Shown here: piece by piece, positions 46,281 to 56,570 of the stretch
How positions within the stretch are numbered: position 1 is the stretch's first letter
How the letters are laid out: each line of letters opens with the position of its first letter
NCBI GenBank assembly: GCA_010015805.1
Contig: ML978135.1
Span: 310,001-374,000, forward strand
Origin: Rhizodiscina lignyota
Taxonomy: Eukaryota
Length of the DNA stretch: 64,000 nucleotides
Reading direction: 5' to 3'
The notes under the pieces: model-generated
The model's input: the letters and a program-made list of their open reading frames with translations, nothing else
What the model was told of the DNA's origin: nothing
Database searches by the model: none
Program-made: the position numbers and the translations under genes

Positions 46281-46736
46281 TTACAGCGTCATTCCCACGA
46301 TTGCGCTCAGGCCAACTAATCCGATAGTCATCCAACCAGCCTTCGACACTGAGACAGTGGAGCCGGCACCATGGTGAGGAGCAGGTGATGCTGTCGCATT
46401 CCTATGGTGCGGTGCCGTCGAATTGGCAGACGGTTTTGGGTGAGCTGAGGCAGCAGTGTGCAAGCTCGTGTGCACCGCGTTGGTAGTTACGGCAGAAGTC
46501 GAGCCCTTCTGCGATGGTTCAGTGCTGCTGCCTGCGATCACCGATGAGATTTCCGAGGCGATGGCCGAGGCTGTAGGTACGAGTGAGGACGGAATATTGA
46601 GCGAAGAAAGCGCATCGGTTGGAATATTGAGCGAAGAAAGAGCTGCCGTCGGGATACTGAGCGAAGAAAGAGCTGCTGTGGGGATGGACAACGCGGAAAT
46701 AGCTCCGGCCGGGATGGAAGGGACAGCGATAGACAT
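46281..46736 (-). CDS. Ser/Ala/Thr-rich protein with 10-aa repeats and a C-terminal GPI-signal/tail-anchor-like segment
   Basis: 151-aa ORF with (SSLSIPTAAL)-type repeats, NST and NAT sequons, and hydrophobic tail 'AGWMTIGLVGLSAIVGMTL'. TATA-like ATATATA near 46890. Confidence 0.7.
   Translation of the reverse strand: MSIAVPSIPAGAISALSIPTAALSSLSIPTAALSSLNIPTDALSSLNIPSSLVPTASAIASEISSVIAGSSTEPSQKGSTSAVTTNAVHTSLHTAASAHPKPSANSTAPHHRNATASPAPHHGAGSTVSVSKAGWMTIGLVGLSAIVGMTL
46591..46710. repeat. Coding 30-bp tandem repeat, about 4 imperfect copies
   Basis: Units start at 46591, 46621, 46651 and 46681: GGAATATTGAGCGAAGAAAG.. twice, GGGATACTGAGCGAAGAAAG.., then a degenerate copy. Confidence 0.85.
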
Positions 46737-47435
46737 AATGAAATTAATCGAGAACGACGGTTGTGGAAGGGAATCAAGTCGTTGATTAGAGTGCGTCGAA
46801 AATGGAATGAACGGAGATGGATAATTAAGAAATGTTTGAACTGAAAGACGTATGTAGAATCATCGACCAAGCCATGTCTACAGACTGACTATATATCATT
46901 CTCTCCCGTAGGCGGAGACGCCCCTCTAGAATATTTAGAAAAGGCAAAGGGCTGTGTTCGGAGGAATGACAAGGCGGTGATGTGTGAGTGTGGCTTGGCA
47001 GCACAGCTCTATTGAATTCAGCCCCTACTCCAGCCCCGCGCGGAGTTGACCTCGACAGAGGTAGAAAGGGACCAGTAAGAATGGGATGTACTCTTCTAGC
47101 GGTTAAGATGCATAGTTTCAATGAAGCGGATCTGCTCTAATCGAAGAGCCTCCGCATCTTACATATGCGCCGAGGCTGCGGGACCGTCTTTCCGCCATTT
47201 TTGACCACCCATCGGCGACTTTTTCATGCACAACAAACATCAAATGAATTTCATTGGCTCAATCGAGTAAAAAGCAGACCAAAATATCTGATGCCGGGTA
47301 TCTTTAAAATGCAGATCGTCTGCACAAGCCGCAAAATCCACTCCCATGCGGAACCACCAAAAAGCATAGCCGGAAACACATCAGCGTGACAACGTAGTAT
47401 GGCAGTCCCCGGGCCGAGAACATAAAGACTGCGCT

Positions 47436-50126
47436 TTACTGTTCCGCAGGCATCTCATGGATGGTGTTTTCTTGCGCCACCGAGGCTCTTGAGCCAGTGC
47501 TTTCATGTCTTTTGTATTGTTCCGCTCCAGCCGTACTCTGTCCATAAAACCGGAACACCGCCGCTCTACACTCGGCGCAGGTAAGGTCGGGTGCTGCTTT
47601 CTCGTCTGCAACACATCTCGCACAGCGCAGATTTCTCAGATGATCAATGACATCTGGTGATTGCACTGGATGAGGTGGAGCCGGGTGAGATTTCGGTGGC
47701 ATAAGCGGATTGACAGAGCTGGTAGGCGAGGACGTGCTTGTAGTTGAAGAGAGGGGTGAGGTGGTATCGTAGGGAGAGTCGCTGCTACCGTGGGACGACG
47801 AGTGAGACATGGTAGTGCCCCGGAAACTGTTATGGAAGAGATCGAAACTCGACTGTTGATGGAGCTCTGAAGTTGCAGTGGGTGAGTAGGAGTCATTAGG
47901 AAGCTCCGACGAGAGAGGGGCGGAAAGTTCTGCAATGGACCGGATTGCTTTCAAATCTCGTTCCGATTCTCTACGAGGCGGAAGAGGTGGCGGAACCTCG
48001 AAATCATTCCCCATTTCGACTGGCTCAGCAACTGGCAGTTCAGCTTTGGATCCTTCGACAAAGTTTGGATATTGGCTCTGCCGTTTGTTCACTGGCGCTC
48101 GTCGAAGCAGTTCGAGAACCTTCGCCTTTCGGCCTTCGTCGATATCCATATTCTTTGCGAAGCCTCTCCGCGCTAAAGAATCGACAAAGTTCTGCCCGTT
48201 GGGAATATCTAATGAAGCGACAGATGCACCATTTTCCAAGAGAGCTGCCACAACCTCTGGCCAGCCATTGAACGCTGCGTGATAGAGCGGTGACCGACCC
48301 TGCTTATCGCACTGCGATATGCTGGCTCTTCTTCTGATAAGCTCGAAGACAACCGGAAGGTGTCCGAACGCGCACGCAATACATAGAGGCGAATCTTGGT
48401 AGCTAGGCGCACTTTGAGATGGCAGCGGGAGTGTCGCACCTTTATCAAGAAGAAGGGAGACTAGCTCGGGAGAGCCGTATCGTGAAGCCAAGCATATCGC
48501 ACGGTAGCCGGAAGAATTGCGAGCTTCAACAGGCACACCCTTCTCAAGGAGAAGCTCTACAATGGGGACGGAGCCATTTCGTACTGCAATGCACAGTGGC
48601 GGTTGCCCATAGGAAACATCGACCGAGAAGTCTCCACTGCTGCTGAGCCAGAGAAAGAGCTTGGTAAGATCTTTGTCTCCGGTTTCACAAGCATAATGCA
48701 ATGCCCGTTTACTTGAATTGCAGCGAATCGACGTGCTGGCGCCTCTTCGGATGAGAAGCTCAGAAGCAGCAAAATTACTAGCCCCTGCAGCGAAATGGAG
48801 CGCGGTCCGCCCATCATTCGAGGTTGCATCTATTTTGGCTTTCTTTTGAAGGAGTACGTCGATGATCTCTGGATGTCCTGCGGCAGCGGCGCAATGCAAA
48901 GCTGTTACGCCGCCTTCCGCTGGTGTTTTGGTGGAAGCTTTCCTCTTGAGCAGCAGCTTGACAGTCTCCTCAGCTCCTGCCTCTGAAGCCTGCATTAGTG
49001 GAGTCTTCAATGCCCTGCCCGGACTTTCGATATTGGCTTTCTTGTCTAAGAGCGCATCTACAACCGCATGAAAGCCGCCAACTGCAGCGTAATGGATCGG
49101 AGCCTGAAACTCCACATCTTTTGCTTCGACATCTGCACCATGGCTGAGAAGAGCTCTAGCCATCTCGACCCGCCCAATCCGCGCAGCGGTGTGTAGTGGA
49201 GTGAGGTTGCTTCGGTCTCGAGTTTGAAGTTTGGCTTTGCGTCGTAACAGCACATCCGCAACTTTGGGAGATCCTTCTGCGACGGCCAGATGAAGAGCCG
49301 TCATATTATTTGCATCAAGCGCATCGATCTCAGCTCCTTCGTTTAGAAGGCGTTCCACGACTCTGTAGTGGCCTCGGGATGCTGCCAAATGTAGGGGTCG
49401 CATTGATGAGAGATCAGTTGCATTGACATTTGCTCCACGGTTAAGAAGAACCAGGCAGACGTCATCGGCGCCGCGATATGCGGCTACAGCCAGAGCAGTG
49501 CGCCCTGTTTCACTCTGTTTGACCTCTACCTCAGCGCCTTGGTCTAGAAGTCCCTCAACTTCTTGTTTCCGTCCAAGCTGAGCAGCATGCACAAGAGCCA
49601 GAACAGAATTGCCATGAGGTGCACGATGAATGCTTTGTTTCCTGATAGCGACTATGTTTTCCAACAGCTCTTTCTCTTCCGAAACCGTAGCAGGCCTATC
49701 TGACGATTCAAGCGATTGCTGGCTTCCACCCAATGATGGACGACTGAAACTGCGTCCAAAGAAAGATCGTCTCGGCCTTGGTGACTTTGAACGCTGTGCA
49801 ATATCAGATTCTGAGGGAGGGCTTGTCGGTAGAGCAGATCGAGATTGATTTCGAGTAGGCAGGAGAGTCGCCATGAGGGACCGCCTCCGAGTTTGTATAT
49901 GTTTCCATTCGTCGTCTGTCACTTTGAGTATAGGCGCCTTCGAGGCTAGAGAGGTCTGCGGTATGTCAATGTTGGCCCCCGGTGGAGTCAGACTCGATTG
50001 GAGTTGTGGAGGTGCAGAGCGAGCCGGTGGGGGAATAATTGCGCCCGCGCCATTGTCACGAGCATCTCCTGGTCCTTCCCTGCCCACAGTGTCGATAGTA
50101 TCTTCTGTATTTTGGGCCAACTCCAT
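47436..50126 (-). CDS. Ankyrin-repeat protein (about 15 repeats) with disordered termini
   Basis: Repeated 'TALHxAA...G...V.LLL.GA' units across the central part of an intronless 896-aa ORF. No NACHT/P-loop seen. Confidence 0.92.
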   Translation of the reverse strand: MELAQNTEDTIDTVGREGPGDARDNGAGAIIPPPARSAPPQLQSSLTPPGANIDIPQTSLASKAPILKVTDDEWKHIQTRRRSLMATLLPTRNQSRSALPTSPPSESDIAQRSKSPRPRRSFFGRSFSRPSLGGSQQSLESSDRPATVSEEKELLENIVAIRKQSIHRAPHGNSVLALVHAAQLGRKQEVEGLLDQGAEVEVKQSETGRTALAVAAYRGADDVCLVLLNRGANVNATDLSSMRPLHLAASRGHYRVVERLLNEGAEIDALDANNMTALHLAVAEGSPKVADVLLRRKAKLQTRDRSNLTPLHTAARIGRVEMARALLSHGADVEAKDVEFQAPIHYAAVGGFHAVVDALLDKKANIESPGRALKTPLMQASEAGAEETVKLLLKRKASTKTPAEGGVTALHCAAAAGHPEIIDVLLQKKAKIDATSNDGRTALHFAAGASNFAASELLIRRGASTSIRCNSSKRALHYACETGDKDLTKLFLWLSSSGDFSVDVSYGQPPLCIAVRNGSVPIVELLLEKGVPVEARNSSGYRAICLASRYGSPELVSLLLDKGATLPLPSQSAPSYQDSPLCIACAFGHLPVVFELIRRRASISQCDKQGRSPLYHAAFNGWPEVVAALLENGASVASLDIPNGQNFVDSLARRGFAKNMDIDEGRKAKVLELLRRAPVNKRQSQYPNFVEGSKAELPVAEPVEMGNDFEVPPPLPPRRESERDLKAIRSIAELSAPLSSELPNDSYSPTATSELHQQSSFDLFHNSFRGTTMSHSSSHGSSDSPYDTTSPLSSTTSTSSPTSSVNPLMPPKSHPAPPHPVQSPDVIDHLRNLRCARCVADEKAAPDLTCAECRAAVFRFYGQSTAGAEQYKRHESTGSRASVAQENTIHEMPAEQ

Positions 50127-50546
50127 GATTCGCGAGAGGCCTACCAGCCTGCAAAAGGTGTACTGGTGATTGAGTCTTGCGCAACGACGAGGTAAAGATT
50201 AGTCAGCAGGGCTCAAATTATCCTCCATCCAAGCCAAGGAATTGGGGCACGATTGATGGAGCAGATTGAAACTGTAGAAAAGGCCTTGTTTCATTCTAAA
50301 GTGGATTCACAAGAGCACAAAGAAGAAAGGCCCTAAACCTACGCAAGCTAATCGATGCATAGCCCGTGTAACACCACGAGGAAAGGAACAGCCTTGGCCA
50401 TAGCCACATCAAAACTGTTCGCGGAGACCCGAAGATTTGCAACGAGACAGGGAGGCTTTGCGGCCGCTCAGGAACGTGCCTTGAAGTTGTGAAACGGTGA
50501 AATGTTCCCCACATTAAAGTCAGACTAAACGCTAGGGACGCCCTAC

Positions 50547-50634
50547 ACGCGCGGCGAGGGTCGGTTGATCAACCAATCGCGTGCTTGTTCCTGGAACACG
50601 TCGGCGCGTCTCCATTAAATTTGATATCGCGCGT
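50547..50634 (+). promoter_or_regulatory. Cluster of MCB-like CGCG words upstream of ORC4
   Basis: ACGCGCG, TCGCGT, GCGCGT and TCGCGCGT lie within about 90 bp, 80-170 bp upstream of the ORC4 ATG. Confidence 0.4.
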
Positions 50635-50714
50635 AACTCTATCTCAGCTACATAAGGCGCAAAGCGCAATCCTAATAGAAGCTTCCCGGTTCGTACCGAG
50701 ATGTACTCTTCACA

Positions 50715-52922
50715 ATGACAGATACTCCTCGCTCCTCGAAGCGCCGAAAACTCAGCAATCCTTCTGGAGATACCCAGCACCAGTCTCCGAATGGAGCTCT
50801 TGCGCGACCCTCACGCCGCTCGGCTCGACGTGAAGAAGTGAATGGTGATGCAGTTCGGGTCGCATCTCCTTCGACGTCTTCAAAATCACGAATATCCTCC
50901 AGAAAACAGGCGAATGCTCCCGTACCACGTAGGGAGAGCAAGGCTCAAGAGAACGTCGATGTATACGATGATATCGAAGGAGCTTTGGGGAAGGACTCGG
51001 GCAAAAGTCGTGCAGGGCGTCCTGCTACTGCTATACCCAATGGCGTTGCGAGCCGCCCTTCGAGACGAGCAAAAGTGGATGAAGTTGAGAATAGTGAGGA
51101 GGGTCACCACGACCAAGGTCGCCAAAATCCTAGCACGCCCTCAAAGTCGAATGGAGTTGTAAAAGTCAATGACGTTAAATCAAATTCTCCACTTCCTACC
51201 TCACGAAGAGCACCTCGTACTTGGCCGAAACAATTCACAATTGGCTACACGGGAGGCTCCAGTCCAGCCCCTGCAGATGAATCTATCAACGTTACCACGC
51301 CTCAAAGGGCCTCTCAGCACGCAGATAAGTCGTCCACAGGAAAGAAGCGAAAGCGACAAGCCATTGCGAAAGGTATTCAAGCGCCAGATACAGAAGGCAT
51401 TCAGACGGAGAGTGCGCGCAATCCTATCGGAGACACTTCGATCATTGCAGTTGAATCATCAGATCGCCATCTTCGTGCCAACGCGGTGATTGCAGATCCC
51501 GCCACGTCTGATCAAATTAGGAAAATTGTACTTGAGAAAGTCACAAGGCGACGACCGATGCCGCTTGTTGGGCTGGAAGATGAATACAAGAAAGTCTATC
51601 AAGTGGCAGAGCAAACGATCACTGCCGGGGAGGGCAACTCGATGCTTCTTATCGGTGCAAGAGGGAGCGGCAAGACAGCACTCCTCAATAAAGTCGTCAA
51701 AGAGTTGGCAAGAGACAACATGTCCGAGTTTCATGTAATTCGACTGAATGGCTTTGTTCACACTGACGATAAGCTTGCATTGCGCGAGATCTGGCGACAA
51801 CTGGGTCGAGAAATGGAGATTGAAGAAGATGGTAGTGGCAAGAGTTATGCTGACACTCTTGCAAAATTACTGGCCCTGCTATCGCATCCGTCAGAACTAT
51901 CCGGGGAACATACGGACCACATTGCGAAAGCCGTCATTTTCATCATGGATGAGTTCGACTTGTTTGCGTCTCATGCGCGTCAAACGCTTCTATACAACCT
52001 TTTCGATATCGCGCAGTCAAGGAAAGCACCGATTGCTGTGTTTGGACTGACCACGCGGATCGACGTTGCGGAAAGTCTTGAGAAGCGTGTGAAAAGTCGT
52101 TTTAGTCATCGATACGTTCATTTGTCACTCGCAAAAAATGTCCCGATGTTCCAGGCGATCTGCAAATCCGCTCTCACTGTGCACCCGGATGAGCTATCCT
52201 TCGACGAGAAAACGCTGCTGGCGCCTTCGGCCCCTTCAACGAAGAAAAGCAAGACAGCTCAGGATTCCGAAGGTGCTTTGGCCAGTTGGAATGCGGCAAC
52301 CGATGCACTCTTCGAGGACTCTGATTTTCTGTCAAGGTGTATCACGTCGCATTTCCACCTGACGAAATCTGTCTCAGCGGCTCTCACTTCATTTCACCTC
52401 CCACTGGCTCTCGCCGATCCAACGACCTTGCCTCCGAAAGCCTCACACTTCATTCCTGAACGAACTACGGACTCTGACAATGCTGTGCCGGCCAGTATTC
52501 CAATATTACTGCCTCCGGACTCAAACCTCTACCTCATCCCGACACTCTCATCATTAGCTCTAGCACTACTCATCGCAGCCGCTCGCTGCACGATCATCCA
52601 CGACACAGACACGTTAAATTTCCGCATTGCATATGCTGAATACGGCTCCCTCGCATCGAAAGCTCGCATCCAGTCTGCATCTTCAGGAGCATTAGCTGTC
52701 GGCGCCGGTACCGGAACAAGGGTATGGAGCAGAGAAGTCGCCAGAGCAAGCTGGGAGGAGCTTGTGAAGCTTGGCTTGCTCATTCCTGCGTTAGGTGGCG
52801 AAGGTGACCGTAGAGAGGTTGGAGAGAAGGGTATGGTGAAAGTGGATGTAGCATTGGAAGAGATATTGCCTAGCTGCCCTGGTATGGAGAGAGTCATGGA
52901 GAGATGGTGTAAACAGATATGA
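50715..52922 (+). CDS. ORC4: Origin recognition complex subunit 4
   Basis: 'GEGNSMLLIGARGSGKT', 'RLNGFVHTDDKLALREIWRQLG', 'IFIMDEFDLFASHARQTLLYNLFD', 'LEKRVKSRFSHR', and a C-terminal winged-helix region. Long basic disordered N-terminus. Confidence 0.96.
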   Translation: MTDTPRSSKRRKLSNPSGDTQHQSPNGALARPSRRSARREEVNGDAVRVASPSTSSKSRISSRKQANAPVPRRESKAQENVDVYDDIEGALGKDSGKSRAGRPATAIPNGVASRPSRRAKVDEVENSEEGHHDQGRQNPSTPSKSNGVVKVNDVKSNSPLPTSRRAPRTWPKQFTIGYTGGSSPAPADESINVTTPQRASQHADKSSTGKKRKRQAIAKGIQAPDTEGIQTESARNPIGDTSIIAVESSDRHLRANAVIADPATSDQIRKIVLEKVTRRRPMPLVGLEDEYKKVYQVAEQTITAGEGNSMLLIGARGSGKTALLNKVVKELARDNMSEFHVIRLNGFVHTDDKLALREIWRQLGREMEIEEDGSGKSYADTLAKLLALLSHPSELSGEHTDHIAKAVIFIMDEFDLFASHARQTLLYNLFDIAQSRKAPIAVFGLTTRIDVAESLEKRVKSRFSHRYVHLSLAKNVPMFQAICKSALTVHPDELSFDEKTLLAPSAPSTKKSKTAQDSEGALASWNAATDALFEDSDFLSRCITSHFHLTKSVSAALTSFHLPLALADPTTLPPKASHFIPERTTDSDNAVPASIPILLPPDSNLYLIPTLSSLALALLIAAARCTIIHDTDTLNFRIAYAEYGSLASKARIQSASSGALAVGAGTGTRVWSREVARASWEELVKLGLLIPALGGEGDRREVGEKGMVKVDVALEEILPSCPGMERVMERWCKQI

Positions 52923-53552
52923 GGTATGGAATCTACTGGTATGACTATGATGACATCTAGTTCATGCCTACTTCTACGCGATGTCATTCTCAGCCTTCGT
53001 GCGGGTCCGTTATTCTCTACTGTGTATTCACTTGGATCGCTTCATCGCACTTTCTGGAGTGTCCTGTGAGCTTTCGTAGAGAGGCAGAGCCGTACACCGC
53101 ATAAGTAAACGCTACGAGGAGTCCAACGCCACTGGGTCCGACTGCAGAATACAAGGCCCCTCTGAATCCTTTAAGCACGTCGCCGTTTCTGACGGAGAAA
53201 GAGTATATTTGATTTGCAAGCATGAAACTGACGTCAATAATGAAGGAGTGAAGTTCAACTTAGTACCCCAGGCCAACCCCACTTCATCTAGGAGATATGT
53301 ACAAGTATAATCTTCCGATCGATCGATCGATTATGAAAGTAATGTCCGTGGAACAATGAGGGGATGGTTCCTTGTTTCTGCTATGACTTATGGTGTACAA
53401 CTATGAGGCTTGAGTAACCCAATCTTGGACACCCCTTTCCTTGGGTGCTCAGTATGTCAGCGCATTGACAGCATTTTTCGTCAGTTCTGCTACATAACTG
53501 CCAAGTATATGCCGGCCCACCAAAGGCTTGTCGTTTGGTTAAGCTATTCCAT

Positions 53553-53588
53553 AAATGCTTGCACCAATGCTTACACAAATGCTTAGCA
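53553..53588. repeat. 12-bp minisatellite, 3 imperfect copies
   Basis: AAATGCTTGCAC-CAATGCTTACAC-AAATGCTTAGCA. Confidence 0.6.
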
Positions 53589-53698
53589 GGGGGCTGTATT
53601 TGCTCGCACACATCAGGAACCATCACGCAGCTCTCCTACGAATTTCTTTTTGCCGTGGCTGCAGTTGACGAAATCATCTGGTCAAATCCCAAGAATCA

Positions 53699-54122
53699 CT
53701 ACTGAGCGGTTGCCTCGGACGCTTGTGCACAGTTCGAAATATACCGGAACGTCCTCGCGCCATTAGATATCTCCCCGTCCTCATACCTGCAGCAATATGC
53801 ATTTGTCCCGAAGCCTTGAACACAGTCACCGTGCGTACAAACGCTCTGCTGACAGGCTGGATAGCCTGAGTTGGTTAGCTTTACATAGACTTTGACGCCA
53901 AATAGAGAATCTGGACTCACAAATTCCGCCGACAGTAGACTCTGCTATCGGCGAGCCTCCAGAGTCAGGATTCATGGTACAGCAGTACATCGTGGTGCCA
54001 GCATTGCACTGGTAATCGACCGCGACAATGTCTGGGAGCAGAAATGGTGTGAATTCTTCACCTGTGGCGTCCTGGGCAATGCCAAGGGGCATGAGGCCGG
54101 CGAGGATTAGGAAAAGCTTCAT
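53699..54122 (-). CDS. Small secreted Cys-rich protein A (122 aa, 10 Cys), hydrophobin-like spacing, 2 exons
   Basis: Signal MKLFLILAGLMPLGIA. Intron 53920-53866 (GTGAGT..GCTAAC..CAG). Pattern C-x7-CC-x19-C-x3-C-x4-C-x4-C-x9-CC-x19-C. Confidence 0.85.
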
Positions 54123-54509
54123 CTTACTGGAGATCAATGAGATATAGTTTTATTAGTATGAAGTTCCTCAGCAGGCGAAATTGTTTGACAGGAAATGCGG
54201 GGGACGGCCTTTAATTAAATGGTGTTCGCGGGTCGTCACGTCGGCGAGACCGTGCGACGTTGAACGACGTCAACGGAATGCAACTGGCTGCCAATCAGAG
54301 GACTTCATCACAGATCTGCATCTGTCTTGCACCACATGTACTTGTATTTCAGCTACTCAGGAACTACATGCTGTGCTCATCTTTAGCGCGACTCTCTCCA
54401 AATCTCAAGCTGTTGAAGCTGTTGAAGCTCTCAACGCTCTGCCCTCGCCAGCACTCACACCAAGCCTGTCATCTTCCGCTCACAACTGTACCTCCTCTAA
54501 CATCCCAAG

Positions 54510-54968
54510 TTACTGAGCACCAGCAGGTACCTGGGTTTTAAGGATCTGCTTGGGAAGTGTGCAGCCTATCGCTCCCTCGGATTGCTCAGCGCCGCGAGAA
54601 AGTTCTCCATTGCAGCATATATCAATTGTTTCGGCTGATCCCCGGCGAGGAACAGGGCAGCCGCCGACGGCCCAAAAGCCCGTGACCGTGTCGTAGCTGT
54701 TGAGGACCTTCTTCGGGCGGCCAGCACCTGTGTTGAAGTCAGAACGGAAAGAGAAACTAGAAAATCCAAAAGGGGGATACGTACAGGTACCGGTCAAGTG
54801 AATGGCACCGGTGTCTTCATCAAATGTACCGGGACAGCCACAGAAGATATCTTTGACGTCGTCGACGCCGTCGGTGCGCAGGCCTGAGCAGTTGAGGTAA
54901 ACGTTCTGCCCTTGGCCGTAGGCCACGGCGGCCATGGCAGTGAGGGAGGCGATGTGAAGGAACTTCAT
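54510..54968 (-). CDS. Small secreted Cys-rich protein B (133 aa, 8 Cys), 2 exons
   Basis: Signal MKFLHIASLTAMAAVAYG. In-frame 57-nt intron 54784-54728 (GTACGT..TCTGAC..CAG). Pattern C-x15-CGC-x16-C-x22-C-x13-CC-x16-C. Confidence 0.85.
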   Translation of the reverse strand: MKFLHIASLTAMAAVAYGQGQNVYLNCSGLRTDGVDDVKDIFCGCPGTFDEDTGAIHLTGTCTYPPFGFSSFSFRSDFNTGAGRPKKVLNSYDTVTGFWAVGGCPVPRRGSAETIDICCNGELSRGAEQSEGAIGCTLPKQILKTQVPAGAQ

Positions 54969-55836
54969 AGTGGACAAAGATGAACTCCTAAGAACGAGAG
55001 TGATTTGATTGTGTCGAGTCTGATGCTGCTATGGGAGTGCCTGCGAGGAGTCTCTTAAATAGGTAGAGCTGCTTCGGCTGCCGACAAACATTGAAAGGTA
55101 CGAAGACTTCATTTCTCGGTGAATGCCGAGCACTATACCAAATAGACAGATCTAGAAGCAAGAATGGATGAGAAGAAGTATGGAGTAGCTGAAGTGCTGC
55201 ATCAAGCCGGCGCTTGTTTCATTACACCGTCGCTCTTGCGCTGCGGCTCAGCCAAGCCAGAATATTGTGCGAAACCACTGATGCGACACAGCGACCTTAG
55301 AAAGGCCAGATCGAGCGTCTCTGTCCCTAGTTGCACAATCGACCCCTCATTGGCACTGCATGGTGCATGGAAATAGAGCACACAAGATCGGCCTCAGGCA
55401 AATACTGTCATAAGTAGATAGTTAAGTCATGAAGTGTGATTCACTTCATTTTGAGGTTCACAGAGTATGATATAATGATAGAGTTGAAATGAGGCGTTTC
55501 CAATCGAGGTTTGTATGAGAAATTTATCCAGAGTAGTAAACGAATCAAGCGTTATTCTGCACAAGTAAGAAGTCCGAGGAGACTATGAAAGCAATTGAAC
55601 ATCTGAATGACGGGCTGAAACTTGTGAGACGTAACCATTGGGATATATTGACGCACGGGGGCACAGAGAGCACAGATATTGGCGATCAAGCTTTGTCTCC
55701 ATTGTCAAGAGACTCAGCGACACCTTGGCTTGAAAATCTTGATTGAGTTTACCTATGCCGTCATACTTTGACAGCTATGGTGTATGCACCCGAAAACCCA
55801 GAGCACTCATCCGAAATGAACCATAATTTTCGTCCC

Positions 55837-56429
55837 TTAAGCACCAGGGCGACGATCACCGAACCTACGCGGTCTCTCCTGTACCTGCTGTTGCGCGACC
55901 GCCACGACGTTGACTGGGATCGAGTCGAACTAAAGCGTTATCAAACTAATTAGCATCAAATATACTTGTTCTGGATGGTTACAGCGCGACTTACGCCCAT
56001 GCTCTTCAGCAGGTCCTTTGTCTCCTGATCTACATCCAACTGTCCGCTCTCGGTGTTTTGCGTGAAGTCGAGCGCAGAGATCTCCGGGACGTACTGGTCC
56101 TTGCGCTCACGCTCCTCTTCCTGGAGCTTGAAGGAGATACCACGAACGGGGCCACGCTGGATACGCTTCATCAAATGAGTGGTGTAGCCGGCGATCTGGA
56201 TATTAAAATGATTAGCATTTGTGTCTCGATCTTCAGATCTTGAATGTGAAGGTAGAGTGCGAGGATCCGAGTGGAAACGCACCTTGTTCCTCAGCCTCTT
56301 TGAGGCGATGATGGCGATTTCATCGCATATTCTCTTGTTGACTTCGAAGTCGAGGGTGAGCTTTGGGTAGTAGCGTTCGATAATCGCCTTGGCGGACTTC
56401 TTCACGGTCTTCGTTCGAACGCGACCCAT
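55837..56429 (-). CDS. RPS17: 40S ribosomal protein S17 (eS17), 3 exons
   Basis: '[11 protein letters not shown]...[44 protein letters not shown]'. Introns 56282-56196 and 55994-55930. Confidence 0.98.
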
Positions 56430-56508
56430 GATTGCGACGTTGTGCGTTGGTGTCGTTTGGCGTTCCTGTCCACCTCAAAGTTTTGAAGTTGGTGTGCGCG
56501 GCTTGGCG

Positions 56509-56570
56509 TTACGGCTCCACGGATGTGGCATAATGTTTTTCCCGCTAGGTATTTGCCAAGGTCACGTGAC
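56509..56570. promoter_or_regulatory. Putative ribosomal-protein promoter elements (Tbf1-like and Cbf1-type)
   Basis: TTACGGCT at 56509-56516 (one mismatch to TTAGGGCT) and the palindrome GTCACGTGAC at 56561-56570, 80-140 bp upstream of RPS17. Confidence 0.45.

Noticed and set aside
7011..52922. PCH2, BRN1 and ORC4 in one window as a chromosome-biology cluster
   Set aside because: They are separated by unrelated genes and up to 40 kb, which is compatible with chance.
53017..53626. Short minus-strand ORFs and a (GATC)n run downstream of ORC4
   Set aside because: No coding hallmarks. The KHLC/KHWC periodicity is explained by a 12-bp minisatellite.
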